A stretch of DNA of 64,000 nt, taken from assembly GCA_000437855.1 (NCBI GenBank), contig FR902167.1:339-64338 (forward strand). The letters are read 5' to 3'. The number at the start of each line of letters is the position of its first letter. The stretch's first letter is position 1. The translations under genes and the position numbers were made by a program. Positions 38,471 through 47,660 of the stretch are shown here, piece by piece. This DNA is from Clostridium sp. CAG:567 (GTDB lineage: Bacteria; Bacillota; Clostridia; TANB77; CAG-508). The notes beneath the pieces were generated by a model. The model was not told the origin of the DNA and did not search any database. It was given only the letters and a program-made list of their open reading frames with translations.

Positions 38471-39376
38471 ATGGCAGAAACAATATTAAAATGCAAAGAC
38501 CTACATAAAAAAATAGGTAAAAAAGAAATCTTAAAAGGGGTTTCTTTAGAGGTAAATGAAGGTGATATTTTAGGCTTTATAGGACCAAATGGAGCAGGAA
38601 AAACTACAACAATTAAACTAATATTAGGACTTCAAGGAATTACAAGTGGAGAGGTTAATATAAATGGATATGACATAAAAAAGGACTTTACTAAAGCTAT
38701 AAGAAGAGTAGGAGCAATTATTGAAAACCCAGACTTGTATATGTATTTAACAGGATATGAAAACCTAAAACTAGTTGCAAATATGTATAAAGGCATTACA
38801 AAAGAAAGAATAATGGAGGTTGTAAAGCTAGTAAAATTAGAAAATCGTATAAATGATAAAGTATCTAAATATTCACTAGGAATGAGGCAAAGATTAGGCG
38901 TAGCACAAGCTATATTACACAAACCTAATTTATTAGTTTTAGATGAGCCAACAAATGGATTAGACCCAGAAGGCATAAAAGAAATGAGAGACTTATTAAA
39001 AAAACTTACAAAACAAGGAATGGCAATTTTTATTTCAAGTCATAATTTGGCTGAAATGGAAACTCTTTGTAATAAAGTTTGTATTATCCAAAATGGAGAA
39101 GTAGTTGAAACAAATGATATTTCGGCAATAAAGTCTACTGGTGAGGCACACTACAAAATTGTAGTAGATAACACAGAGAAAATAACTGAAATAATATCAG
39201 TACCAACTGAAATAAAGGAAAAAGATGAATTTACTATAATTGCTGAAAGAGAGCAAGTTCCAAATATAATAAAAATATTGATAGAAAACAATATTAAGGT
39301 GTATGAAGTCAATGAAGAAAAATTATCATTAGAAGATGCATTTTTGAAAAAGACAGGAGGTAATACAATTGATTAG
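38471..39376 (+). CDS. ABC transporter ATP-binding protein (ABC-2/bacitracin-type exporter)
   Basis: GPNGAGKTTTIK, YSLGMRQRLGVA and LVLDEPTNGLDP. The ATG at 38471 follows GGGAG. Confidence 0.85.
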   Translation: MAETILKCKDLHKKIGKKEILKGVSLEVNEGDILGFIGPNGAGKTTTIKLILGLQGITSGEVNINGYDIKKDFTKAIRRVGAIIENPDLYMYLTGYENLKLVANMYKGITKERIMEVVKLVKLENRINDKVSKYSLGMRQRLGVAQAILHKPNLLVLDEPTNGLDPEGIKEMRDLLKKLTKQGMAIFISSHNLAEMETLCNKVCIIQNGEVVETNDISAIKSTGEAHYKIVVDNTEKITEIISVPTEIKEKDEFTIIAEREQVPNIIKILIENNIKVYEVNEEKLSLEDAFLKKTGGNTID

Positions 39377-40817
39377 TTTAATCCAAAATGAATTAAAGAA
39401 AATATTTAAAAAGAAAAGTTTATTAATTACTTTATTAGTTACACTTGCTTTTATCATTCTTACAAATGTTCTATATAAACTTGACTTTGGAAATTCGTAC
39501 TATGATTACATAGAAGAAGAAATTAGTTTTTATAGAGAACAATTAAAAACTCTTGATCCCGAAAAAGATAAAGATATGTATGCACAATATAAAACTGAAT
39601 TAGAAGTATACCAGTTAGTAAAAAAATATGGTGAAAAAAGTTGGCAGGCTCAAATAATACAATCAGAAATGAGAGGATGTATTACAGAGATAAATTATTT
39701 TACATATCAAGAAAAAAATAATGATGAATTAAAAGCGGTAAAAGCAAAACATGACGAATATGTAAAAAGACTAGATACAAATGACTGGAGATATTTTGCA
39801 GAAGAAGAACTAAAAGATAAAGAATCTAAAATAAAAGATGCAAAAGAAATGCAAGAAAAAACTACTAATAAATTAGAAATAAAAGAAATTCAAAATCAAA
39901 TAAGAGGGCTAGAAATAAGCAGACAAATAGCTTCATGGAGACTAGAAAAAGATATTCCTTATGGAAATGATTATAAAAATGATTGTTTAAATAATTATAG
40001 AGTAGCAATGCAAAATATTAGAGATTATGAATTCGGAGAAATAGAACAAAATTATGATGCTAAGAAACAATATTATGAAGCAAAAGAAACAGCAGCAATA
40101 AATAAATATGATATTGAGAATGGAACTACAGTATGTGATAAAACCAATGCAAAAGGAATAATGTTAGATGTATTTGGCGAATATGAAATATTTTTAATTG
40201 TAATGTTCATGATGACAGCAGGAGTAATAGTAAGTGAGGAATTTAATAAAGGAACAATAAAATTACTTTTAATTAAACCATATAAAAGAAGTACAATTTT
40301 GGCTTCTAAATTTATAACCAGCATAATTGTTGCCATTATAGTTATACTACTAGTTCTTTTAATGCAATTTGTAGTAGGTGGGTTAATACAAGGATTTGAT
40401 AGTTTTAAAAATCCAACTATAATTTATGACCACACAATAAATAATGTAAAACATATAAATACAATACAATATTTAGCTATGCAAGCACTAGGAAAGGCAC
40501 CAATGTATATTTTACTTATGACTCTTGCATTTGCATTTAGCACAATATTTACAAACTCAGCATTAGCAATAACTATTTCATTGTTAGGATATATGGGAAG
40601 TTCAGTTATCAATATGCTAGCATTGAACTTAAAACTAAATTGGATTAAATATTTTGTTACACCAAACTGGAATTTAACAGAATATTTTTGGGGAGGAATA
40701 CCAACATTTGAGGGAATAACATTACCATTTTCAATTGCAATAATAGTAATATATATGGTAATAATGCTAGTACCAACATTTATAATATTCCAAAAGAAGA
40801 ATATAAAAAATATTTAA
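39369..40817 (+). CDS. ABC-2 type permease with a long helical insert after TM1
   Basis: N-terminal TM helix, a ~230-aa charged/coiled region, then five or six TM segments. It overlaps the ATPase gene stop. Confidence 0.65.
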   Translation: MISLIQNELKKIFKKKSLLITLLVTLAFIILTNVLYKLDFGNSYYDYIEEEISFYREQLKTLDPEKDKDMYAQYKTELEVYQLVKKYGEKSWQAQIIQSEMRGCITEINYFTYQEKNNDELKAVKAKHDEYVKRLDTNDWRYFAEEELKDKESKIKDAKEMQEKTTNKLEIKEIQNQIRGLEISRQIASWRLEKDIPYGNDYKNDCLNNYRVAMQNIRDYEFGEIEQNYDAKKQYYEAKETAAINKYDIENGTTVCDKTNAKGIMLDVFGEYEIFLIVMFMMTAGVIVSEEFNKGTIKLLLIKPYKRSTILASKFITSIIVAIIVILLVLLMQFVVGGLIQGFDSFKNPTIIYDHTINNVKHINTIQYLAMQALGKAPMYILLMTLAFAFSTIFTNSALAITISLLGYMGSSVINMLALNLKLNWIKYFVTPNWNLTEYFWGGIPTFEGITLPFSIAIIVIYMVIMLVPTFIIFQKKNIKNI

Positions 40818-40855
40818 AATAAAAGGATGTAGTAAAATGCTACATCCTTTTTAAA

Positions 40856-42118
40856 TTATTTAATCTTTCTAGCCTCTAGGTAATATCTCTTATCATAGCT
40901 GTGTCCCATTGAGAATGTTTTACGAGGTAAAGCACCATCAAGAATTACAGTTTTGAAAAGATCTGTTTTAGCCATAGGAGGTAGTAAGAAACCTATATTT
41001 CCTGGTTTGCTACCAAGTTCTTTAGTAACATCATCACCATGAATATAGTCGACTTTTCCACCATGTTCTTTAATATATGCATCAATAAACATTTGTAAAG
41101 AACCAACAGCTAAATTTGATTTTGGATTTTTAATGTATAAAGTTTCATTTTTTCCTTCATAAACATATTCAACTTTTTGTCCTTCACCAGGAGTTCTTGA
41201 AACATCATAATATTTTTCAAATTCTTCAATCATTTTTGCAGGTTCAACACCAAATACAACTCTGTGAATTGGTTCAAACTCTAATGCGTCACTATGTAAG
41301 TTAACAACTTCTACTAAAGCATATCTTGCAAGGCTATTTTTAGCTTCTTCCTCAGACATAGTTTTCTTTAAGTTTTCATAACAAGCTTTTGCAGTTGCTA
41401 AAGAGTGGTTACCATCTCCAACAGAGAATAATAAAACACCTTTATCTTTAACATTATATTTAGCTTCAAAATTATCTTTATCAGCAAGTTCTTCTAATCC
41501 TTTGAAAATTCCATCCATTAAGTTTTCTGGAACTTTATAACCTTTAACATGTCCACCATTTTGCATTAAATCAAAATCATAAACAACATCTTCGCTAGTT
41601 ACTTTATCTGTTAAACCTTCAATAATTTCTTTTTTCTCATCATCAATTAAAAGCATAACATGAGGTAATTCTAAGCTAGCATTCTCTCTAACTCTTACTC
41701 TAGGTGGAATTCTTTCTAAAACAGTTCCCTCAGTTGCTCTAATTAAAGATTGAGAACCTTTTTCATAAGAATAATCTTCTAGGTCTACCATACCAATAAG
41801 ACCTTTTCTTACTTTTCCATCTGCACCAGTTCTTTCTAAGTAAATTAAAGAATTATCTAAAGTTTTGAAAAAGTCAGTAGAAAGTAAATGGTCCATTTCT
41901 TTATTTATATTTGCAATTCTTTCTTGAACATTATCTTGTTCTAAATAAATTTCTGGTAAAGTGATTTTTAATGTTGAAGGAGCATCTCCAACAATATTTT
42001 CGACTTCTTTCCAATATTCAGGTTCTGAAGTGTATTGATCACAAGCTACAACTGCCCACTTTTCCATTTCTGTATTTTTGGGCAATAAAATATTTGCCTT
42101 CTTAAATGGTACGTTCAT
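40856..42118 (-). CDS. DUF1015 family protein
   Basis: ...WAVVACDQYTSEPEYW... and its overall 420-aa size match my recollection of DUF1015. Confidence 0.6.
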   Translation of the reverse strand: MNVPFKKANILLPKNTEMEKWAVVACDQYTSEPEYWKEVENIVGDAPSTLKITLPEIYLEQDNVQERIANINKEMDHLLSTDFFKTLDNSLIYLERTGADGKVRKGLIGMVDLEDYSYEKGSQSLIRATEGTVLERIPPRVRVRENASLELPHVMLLIDDEKKEIIEGLTDKVTSEDVVYDFDLMQNGGHVKGYKVPENLMDGIFKGLEELADKDNFEAKYNVKDKGVLLFSVGDGNHSLATAKACYENLKKTMSEEEAKNSLARYALVEVVNLHSDALEFEPIHRVVFGVEPAKMIEEFEKYYDVSRTPGEGQKVEYVYEGKNETLYIKNPKSNLAVGSLQMFIDAYIKEHGGKVDYIHGDDVTKELGSKPGNIGFLLPPMAKTDLFKTVILDGALPRKTFSMGHSYDKRYYLEARKIK

Positions 42119-42269
42119 AAATTAATCCTCCTAACTAAGTTTTTATTATTCTCAAATTATATCACTAGAAAAAAAATTATACAAGTCTTTTGTTCAGAAT
42201 CACATTTTTGCAAAATTCGACATAAAATATCATAACCCTATATGTATTGTATAGAAGGGAAGAAATGAT

Positions 42270-42585
42270 ATGAAGAAAATAAAAAAAGGAGATATTGTGG
42301 GAAGAATTTCCTATGGAAAAGATATATATTTTATAGTTGAGAGAATTTTAAAAACTCAGAGAGGAAATATAGCTATACTTAAACGGTTTAACAGTTAGAA
42401 TTCAGGCAGATAGCAATGTGGATGATTTAGAATTAATAGAAAGTTCTCAAGTTGAAAGCCACTTGAGGGCAGTAGAGGAAGATGTTGCAAGAAGAATAAA
42501 AATGAGAGAACAATCATTAAAAAATAGTTTGGATATTAGAGAAAAAACAATAATTCATACAGGGAGAATTTTACACATAGATGGG
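42270..42585 (+). CDS. yabG: yabG 5' segment (sporulation-specific protease YabG, peptidase U57). It needs a +1 change at CGG 42384-42386 and is cut off by the intervening element.
   Basis: MKKIKKGDIVGRISYGKDIYFIVERILKTQRGNIAILK + (skip C42384) GLTVRIQADSNVDDLELIES...IIHTGRILHIDG parallels the YabG N-half (..VLHLDGD.. in B. subtilis, from memory). Confidence 0.75.
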
Positions 42586-42747
42586 GAAGGGAGTATAGTA
42601 AAAAATAAATGAAAAAATGTCTATCAATTATAAAAGTTTCTAAATGTGGCGTAATATTAATAAAATCAAAAATGGAAAAATTTGCAATTCTATAAAAAAT
42701 ATGATAATATGATGAAAAATAGAAAATTTATAGAATGAGAAAAAAGT

Positions 42748-43386
42748 ATGAATAATGAGATTGAAATAGAAGGAATGGGAAAAATTAAATTTGAAAAATT
42801 AATAGATAACAATAAAAATTTGCAAGGGATTCCTATAAAAAACAGCAAGTATTTAAAAACGATTTCTTATAAAGAATTAAATAAATTGATAGACAACAAT
42901 TATATATTTTTGCTATTGCCAAAGAGAAATAGGATAAGAATCTTTGAAACTATGCCAATTAATTTAATTAGCAAATATAGATATGATGTATTTATTAAAT
43001 ACTACTATGTACAAGCTTATATTACTAAAAATAGTTATGATTTAGCAAAAGAAATTTATTTAAACCATATAAAGAGCTTTAATAATTTTACAGAACCTGA
43101 TGGCAGAAAAAATAGCCCAAAAGATTTTATCCGAAACTTTAATGATTTAATTGATAATATTAAATCTATCGGAATAGGTAAAACAATTATTCCAGTAACT
43201 AAAAATGGAGAGATTATAGATGGAGCACATAGATTATCGATAGCTTTATACTTAAATTTAAAAATACAGTTTGTAATATTTGATTTACTTGATGCAAATT
43301 ATGGAAGAAGTTTTTTTGTGAGTCGAGGATTTGACTCAGAGTATGTTAAAATAATTGATAGTGAGGTTGTGAGAAAAATAAAATGA
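42748..43386 (+). CDS. ParB-like nuclease-domain protein (element cargo)
   Basis: C-terminal ...IIPVTKNGEIIDGAHRLSIALY resembles the ParB/sulfiredoxin-fold DGxHR motif. Confidence 0.4.
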   Translation: MNNEIEIEGMGKIKFEKLIDNNKNLQGIPIKNSKYLKTISYKELNKLIDNNYIFLLLPKRNRIRIFETMPINLISKYRYDVFIKYYYVQAYITKNSYDLAKEIYLNHIKSFNNFTEPDGRKNSPKDFIRNFNDLIDNIKSIGIGKTIIPVTKNGEIIDGAHRLSIALYLNLKIQFVIFDLLDANYGRSFFVSRGFDSEYVKIIDSEVVRKIK

Positions 43387-44051
43387 AGAAAGAAAACTAT
43401 TCAAAGATTTTTATTATTTTATGTGCTATAAATATTTCTTGTCTACTAGTTTCAAATATAATTACTGTTAAGACTGTGAGTATATTAGGATTGATATTTA
43501 CAGCGGGAGATATACTTTTTCCAATTACATATATTTTAAATGATGTATTTACAGAAGTCTATGGATTTAATAAATCAAAACTTATAATCTGGCTTTCATT
43601 TTTTTGCAATATATTAATGATTATAATTTTTAGAATTACAATTTTATTGCCAGCAAGTGAAACATTTGAGATACAAGATGAGTTGGTAAATGTTTTGGGA
43701 AGTACACCACGAATTTTAGTTGCATCTTTTATTTCATTTTTGGTTGGAAATTTTGCAAACTCAATAGTAATGTCAAAAATGAAGGTAAAGACTAAAGGAA
43801 AATATCTAGCATTAAGAACTATTGGATCTACTTTAATAGGAGAGGGATTAGATACAATTATATTTATACCAACTGTATTTATAGGAAGTTTAGATTTGAA
43901 AACAATTTTATTTTTAATTATTGATACCTATGTTTTAAAAGTATTATTAGAGGTTATTTTAACACCTGTTACATATAAAGTTGTTGGATTTATTAAAAAG
44001 AAAGAAAATATAGATACTTTTGATAATGAACAAAAATATAAAATTTTTTAG
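43383..44051 (+). CDS. YhhQ/Vut_1 (DUF165) family 7-deazapurine (queuosine precursor) transporter
   Basis: ...SNIITVKTVSILGLIFTAGDILFPITYILNDVFTEVYGF... is the family's hallmark N-terminal region. About six TM helices. Confidence 0.7.
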   Translation: MKKENYSKIFIILCAINISCLLVSNIITVKTVSILGLIFTAGDILFPITYILNDVFTEVYGFNKSKLIIWLSFFCNILMIIIFRITILLPASETFEIQDELVNVLGSTPRILVASFISFLVGNFANSIVMSKMKVKTKGKYLALRTIGSTLIGEGLDTIIFIPTVFIGSLDLKTILFLIIDTYVLKVLLEVILTPVTYKVVGFIKKKENIDTFDNEQKYKIF

Positions 44052-44065
44052 AAAGGAACATTCTT

Positions 44066-44491
44066 ATGAAAATTTATTATGCAGCACCATTATTTAATGA
44101 TATGGAATTAAAGAAAAATGCAGAAATGAAACAATGGCTAGAAAACAGAGGCTATGAGGTGTATTTACCACAAGATGAATCAGGACTAGCATATGACATG
44201 ATAAATGACAGTAATAAATTAGAAATTAATAAAAAAATATTTGAAGGTGATGTAGAATGTATAAAAAAGTCTGACTTATTGATTTTTGATTTAAATGGAA
44301 GAGTACCAGACGAAGGAGGTTGCGTAGAATTAGGAATGGCTTATGCTTGGGGGATAAAGTCAATTGGATTTAAAACAGATACAAGGGCCTTAGATTACAC
44401 AGGAGATGATAATTTAATGATAGAAGGATGTATGAATTTTAAAATAGCAAGAAACCTAGAAGAATTAGAGAAAATGTTAAAAGAAATTTAG
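44066..44491 (+). CDS. Nucleoside 2-deoxyribosyltransferase-like protein
   Basis: MKIYYAAPLFN...YLPQD...DEGGCVELGMAYAWG matches the Nuc_deoxyrib_tr pattern (AGPLF...E.G). Confidence 0.65.
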   Translation: MKIYYAAPLFNDMELKKNAEMKQWLENRGYEVYLPQDESGLAYDMINDSNKLEINKKIFEGDVECIKKSDLLIFDLNGRVPDEGGCVELGMAYAWGIKSIGFKTDTRALDYTGDDNLMIEGCMNFKIARNLEELEKMLKEI

Positions 44492-44500
44492 GAGCATAGA

Positions 44501-45181
44501 ATGGGGAGAATAATTGTAATTGATGGAACATCAAATGCTGGAAAAACAACATTGTGTGAAAATATAGAAAGAAATATTCGAAATATTGCTATTATTCCAG
44601 GGGCAAGTTTGTTTGCAAAAATTCATCATGAAAAATATCCGGAAATTCCAGGTATTCCTAGAAACGCAAAAGAGGAAAAAGAAAATCAAAAATTCTTTTT
44701 TAAATTGGAGTTAGATAGATTAATAGAAGCAAATAAATTAGCTAAACAAGGCAAAGATATTTTTATGGATAGAGGTATATTAGAAATTCTATCTGTAGCG
44801 TATTCTTTTGAATACATAAAAAGATGGGATGGAATTTATGAAAATGCAGAGAAACTATATAAAAAATTTATTGCAATAACAAGCAAAAATGGAATAAGGC
44901 TGCCAGATGAATATATTTGGTTACAAGCAAATAGTGAGGAAATAGTGAGAAGAAATAAAACTAGGCAAATTAAAAGAGGACAAAAATTATCTGAAAATGA
45001 TTGGATAGAAACTAGTTTAATAAATAGGCAAATAGAATTTTTTAGTAAATTATGTATTCCAGCAAATAGAGATAAAATACACTTGATAGATACTAATTAT
45101 ATGACTGAACAAGATGTTTTAGAAAGTGTTTACCAGTTATTAAAATTGGAAGACAGAGAAATGGAGAGAGATGATGATTGA
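44501..45181 (+). CDS. P-loop (deoxy)nucleoside/nucleotide kinase-like ATPase
   Basis: IIVIDGTSNAGKTTLCENI Walker A and a DRG...S motif region. About 226 aa. Confidence 0.5.
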   Translation: MGRIIVIDGTSNAGKTTLCENIERNIRNIAIIPGASLFAKIHHEKYPEIPGIPRNAKEEKENQKFFFKLELDRLIEANKLAKQGKDIFMDRGILEILSVAYSFEYIKRWDGIYENAEKLYKKFIAITSKNGIRLPDEYIWLQANSEEIVRRNKTRQIKRGQKLSENDWIETSLINRQIEFFSKLCIPANRDKIHLIDTNYMTEQDVLESVYQLLKLEDREMERDDD

Positions 45182-46049
45182 TTTACATTCACATACAACA
45201 AATTCAGATGGAACATGGACTACAAAAGAATTATTAACTAAAGCTGAAGAATTAGGATTAGAATTTTTTTCTATAACAGATCATGATACTGCAAAATCAT
45301 ATATTGAAATTGAAAATAATAAAGAATTAAAAAATATTTTTAAAGGAAAACTTATTAGAGGAGCGGAGTTAAATTGTACATTTGATGGAATAAAAATTGA
45401 AGTGTTAGCATATAATTTTGATTTATATCCTATTCAAGAATGGCTAGAAAATTATTATACACCAGAAAAAAATAAAAATAGGTTGATAGAAGAATTCAAA
45501 GATTTAGTAAAGATTTGTAATAAAAAAGGTATAAAAATAGAAAAAGATTTAAAATATAATCCAGACACAGAATATCCTGTAGATATTATTTATTATAGTA
45601 TAATTAAATTTGAAGAAAACAAGAAATTTTTTACAGAAGAACAATGGAAAGATAAAAAAATATTTTTTAGAACTTGCACAGTAGATAAAAATTTTCCATT
45701 ATACAGAGATTTTAGTAAGCAAATGCCAACACTAGAATTTTTTAACCAGTTTATTCATGAACACAGTGGAAAGATATTTTTAGCACATTTATATAAATAT
45801 CAATTAGATGACCATATTTCATATCTTAATAAGATGATTGATAGAAATTTGTTAGATGGAGTAGAGGTTTATCATAGCTCATTTACAGACAAACAGATTG
45901 AAACTCTTGAGAAATATTGTATGCATAGAGGGTTATTAATGTCTGGTGGTTCAGATTGCCATGGCGAAAAAAAGAAGGACAGAAAGTTAGGTATGGGATA
46001 TGGCAATTTAAATATTAATAAAGAAATAATACAAAATTGGGGAATATAA
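45171..46049 (+). CDS. PHP-domain metal-dependent phosphoesterase
   Basis: IDLHSHTTNSDGTWT...FSITDHDT...GGSDCHG are the PHP motifs. Confidence 0.75.
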   Translation: MMIDLHSHTTNSDGTWTTKELLTKAEELGLEFFSITDHDTAKSYIEIENNKELKNIFKGKLIRGAELNCTFDGIKIEVLAYNFDLYPIQEWLENYYTPEKNKNRLIEEFKDLVKICNKKGIKIEKDLKYNPDTEYPVDIIYYSIIKFEENKKFFTEEQWKDKKIFFRTCTVDKNFPLYRDFSKQMPTLEFFNQFIHEHSGKIFLAHLYKYQLDDHISYLNKMIDRNLLDGVEVYHSSFTDKQIETLEKYCMHRGLLMSGGSDCHGEKKKDRKLGMGYGNLNINKEIIQNWGI

Positions 46050-46101
46050 TAAAAAGTATATACTAAAGAAAGATAAATAGATGTCAAATATTATCATCTA
46101 T

Positions 46102-47334
46102 TTATCTTTCTGTTTTAATTTTTTCTTTTAAGAATAAAGAATATAGTGGACCAATTCCAGTAAATAAGACAGCTAAACATATTGAAAAGTAATCCTTAAT
46201 ATATTTAAAAAATCTTTTTCTATTTATTACAATTAAATTTAATAAATAATTTGTAAAAACAAAAATCAAATAAGTACACATTGCTAATGATAAAGAAATA
46301 TAATTTCTTGTCATTATAGGATATATAAATGTATAAATTAAAAACATTGGCATAAGCATCCAAATGATAGATGCTCGCAATTCGTGACATAGCCAAATAA
46401 ATCCATTTAGGGAGATTTTATAATGTTTTTTTATATCTTTTAAAATACTTAAATGGTGAGATGATGTTTTAAACCATACAGCATTTTGAATAATTTGAAC
46501 CTTTAACTTATCTGGATTTTCAGCATTATCTAAGGAACTTAAAGATAATATTTTTTCGCTACTATTATGTATTAACCCTGTAAGATATATGTCTTCACAC
46601 CAAAAATTAGAGTTAAAGCCGTTGATACTCGTAATGTAATCTGCTCTAATAGTTAATCCATGTCCAACTACATGAGAATAAAGCAGAGGAGAAACATTAG
46701 TATTTATTAAACCATTTCTAAATTCAAATGCAGTTTGATATATAGAAAAACCTTTCATTATAAAGTTTTGAGAATAGTAATTAAGGAAATAATTACTATA
46801 TTGTTGAATTATTTTTGGAAAATGATTTTGTTTAATTTTATTGGAAAGCTCTATAAAAGTTGAATTATCAGGATGACTATCAGCATTATAAACTGAAAAG
46901 TAAATTTTATCTGTTGATAAGGTTCGCTCTTTTAATATTTCAAGAATACCATAGTTTAATTGATCAGCCATTATTCCAGATATTTTAGGGTAATTTAGTA
47001 TATGAAAGTGTGGCTCATTGAAAATTTCTAAACCTAATAAATACTCATAGGTAGTTTGAACTGAAATATTTTCAGTTTTTTCTTTTTCAGTTGTAATAAT
47101 ATAAATATCAATGTTCTCTATACCAGTGATAATCTTTTTAAAATGTTCTAAAGTTTTCTTTATTACGTTTATTTCTTTATAACAAGGAATTAAAACATTT
47201 ATATGAAATTTATTACATTGCGAATTTGAAAGTTCTGAATTTGGCTTATATTTAATTTTGCACACTAAAAATTTAAGTAAATTAAAAAATATAGTTAATA
47301 ATTCTATAAATACTATAATATAAAATAAGTTCAA
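46102..47334 (-). CDS. Family 2 glycosyltransferase with flanking TM segments
   Basis: INVLIPCYKE..., ...YNADSHPD... (DxD-like) and hydrophobic N- and C-termini. Confidence 0.6.
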   Translation of the reverse strand: MNLFYIIVFIELLTIFFNLLKFLVCKIKYKPNSELSNSQCNKFHINVLIPCYKEINVIKKTLEHFKKIITGIENIDIYIITTEKEKTENISVQTTYEYLLGLEIFNEPHFHILNYPKISGIMADQLNYGILEILKERTLSTDKIYFSVYNADSHPDNSTFIELSNKIKQNHFPKIIQQYSNYFLNYYSQNFIMKGFSIYQTAFEFRNGLINTNVSPLLYSHVVGHGLTIRADYITSINGFNSNFWCEDIYLTGLIHNSSEKILSLSSLDNAENPDKLKVQIIQNAVWFKTSSHHLSILKDIKKHYKISLNGFIWLCHELRASIIWMLMPMFLIYTFIYPIMTRNYISLSLAMCTYLIFVFTNYLLNLIVINRKRFFKYIKDYFSICLAVLFTGIGPLYSLFLKEKIKTER

Positions 47335-47527
47335 AATAATACCTCTATTTAATTAATATAATAAATTATAATGTGAATAAAAGAAAAAATCAATGTAAAA
47401 AATCAAATAGTAGCAAAAAAGTGAGTTTTGCAATAATGCAAGATGACTCCTTCATTTATGCTAAGATCATAAATCTCCAATAAATTCATAATATTAAAAT
47501 ATAATTAATTAATTTGGAGAGAAAGAT

Positions 47528-47632
47528 ATGCATAAAGATAATATAGTTTTTATTTATGATGAAACAGGAGAAAGTCTTGAAGATAAAATACTGAAGATAT
47601 TCAAAAAATATTTAGAAGAAGTAATGCAATAA
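47528..47632 (+). CDS. 34-aa ORF directly upstream of the recombinase pair (function unknown)
   Basis: MHKDNIVFIYDETGESLEDKILKIFKKYLEEVMQ, preceded by GGAGAG. It is below the track cutoff. Confidence 0.3.
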   Translation: MHKDNIVFIYDETGESLEDKILKIFKKYLEEVMQ

Positions 47633-47660
47633 ATAAAAAAATATATGAGGAGAAATAGAT

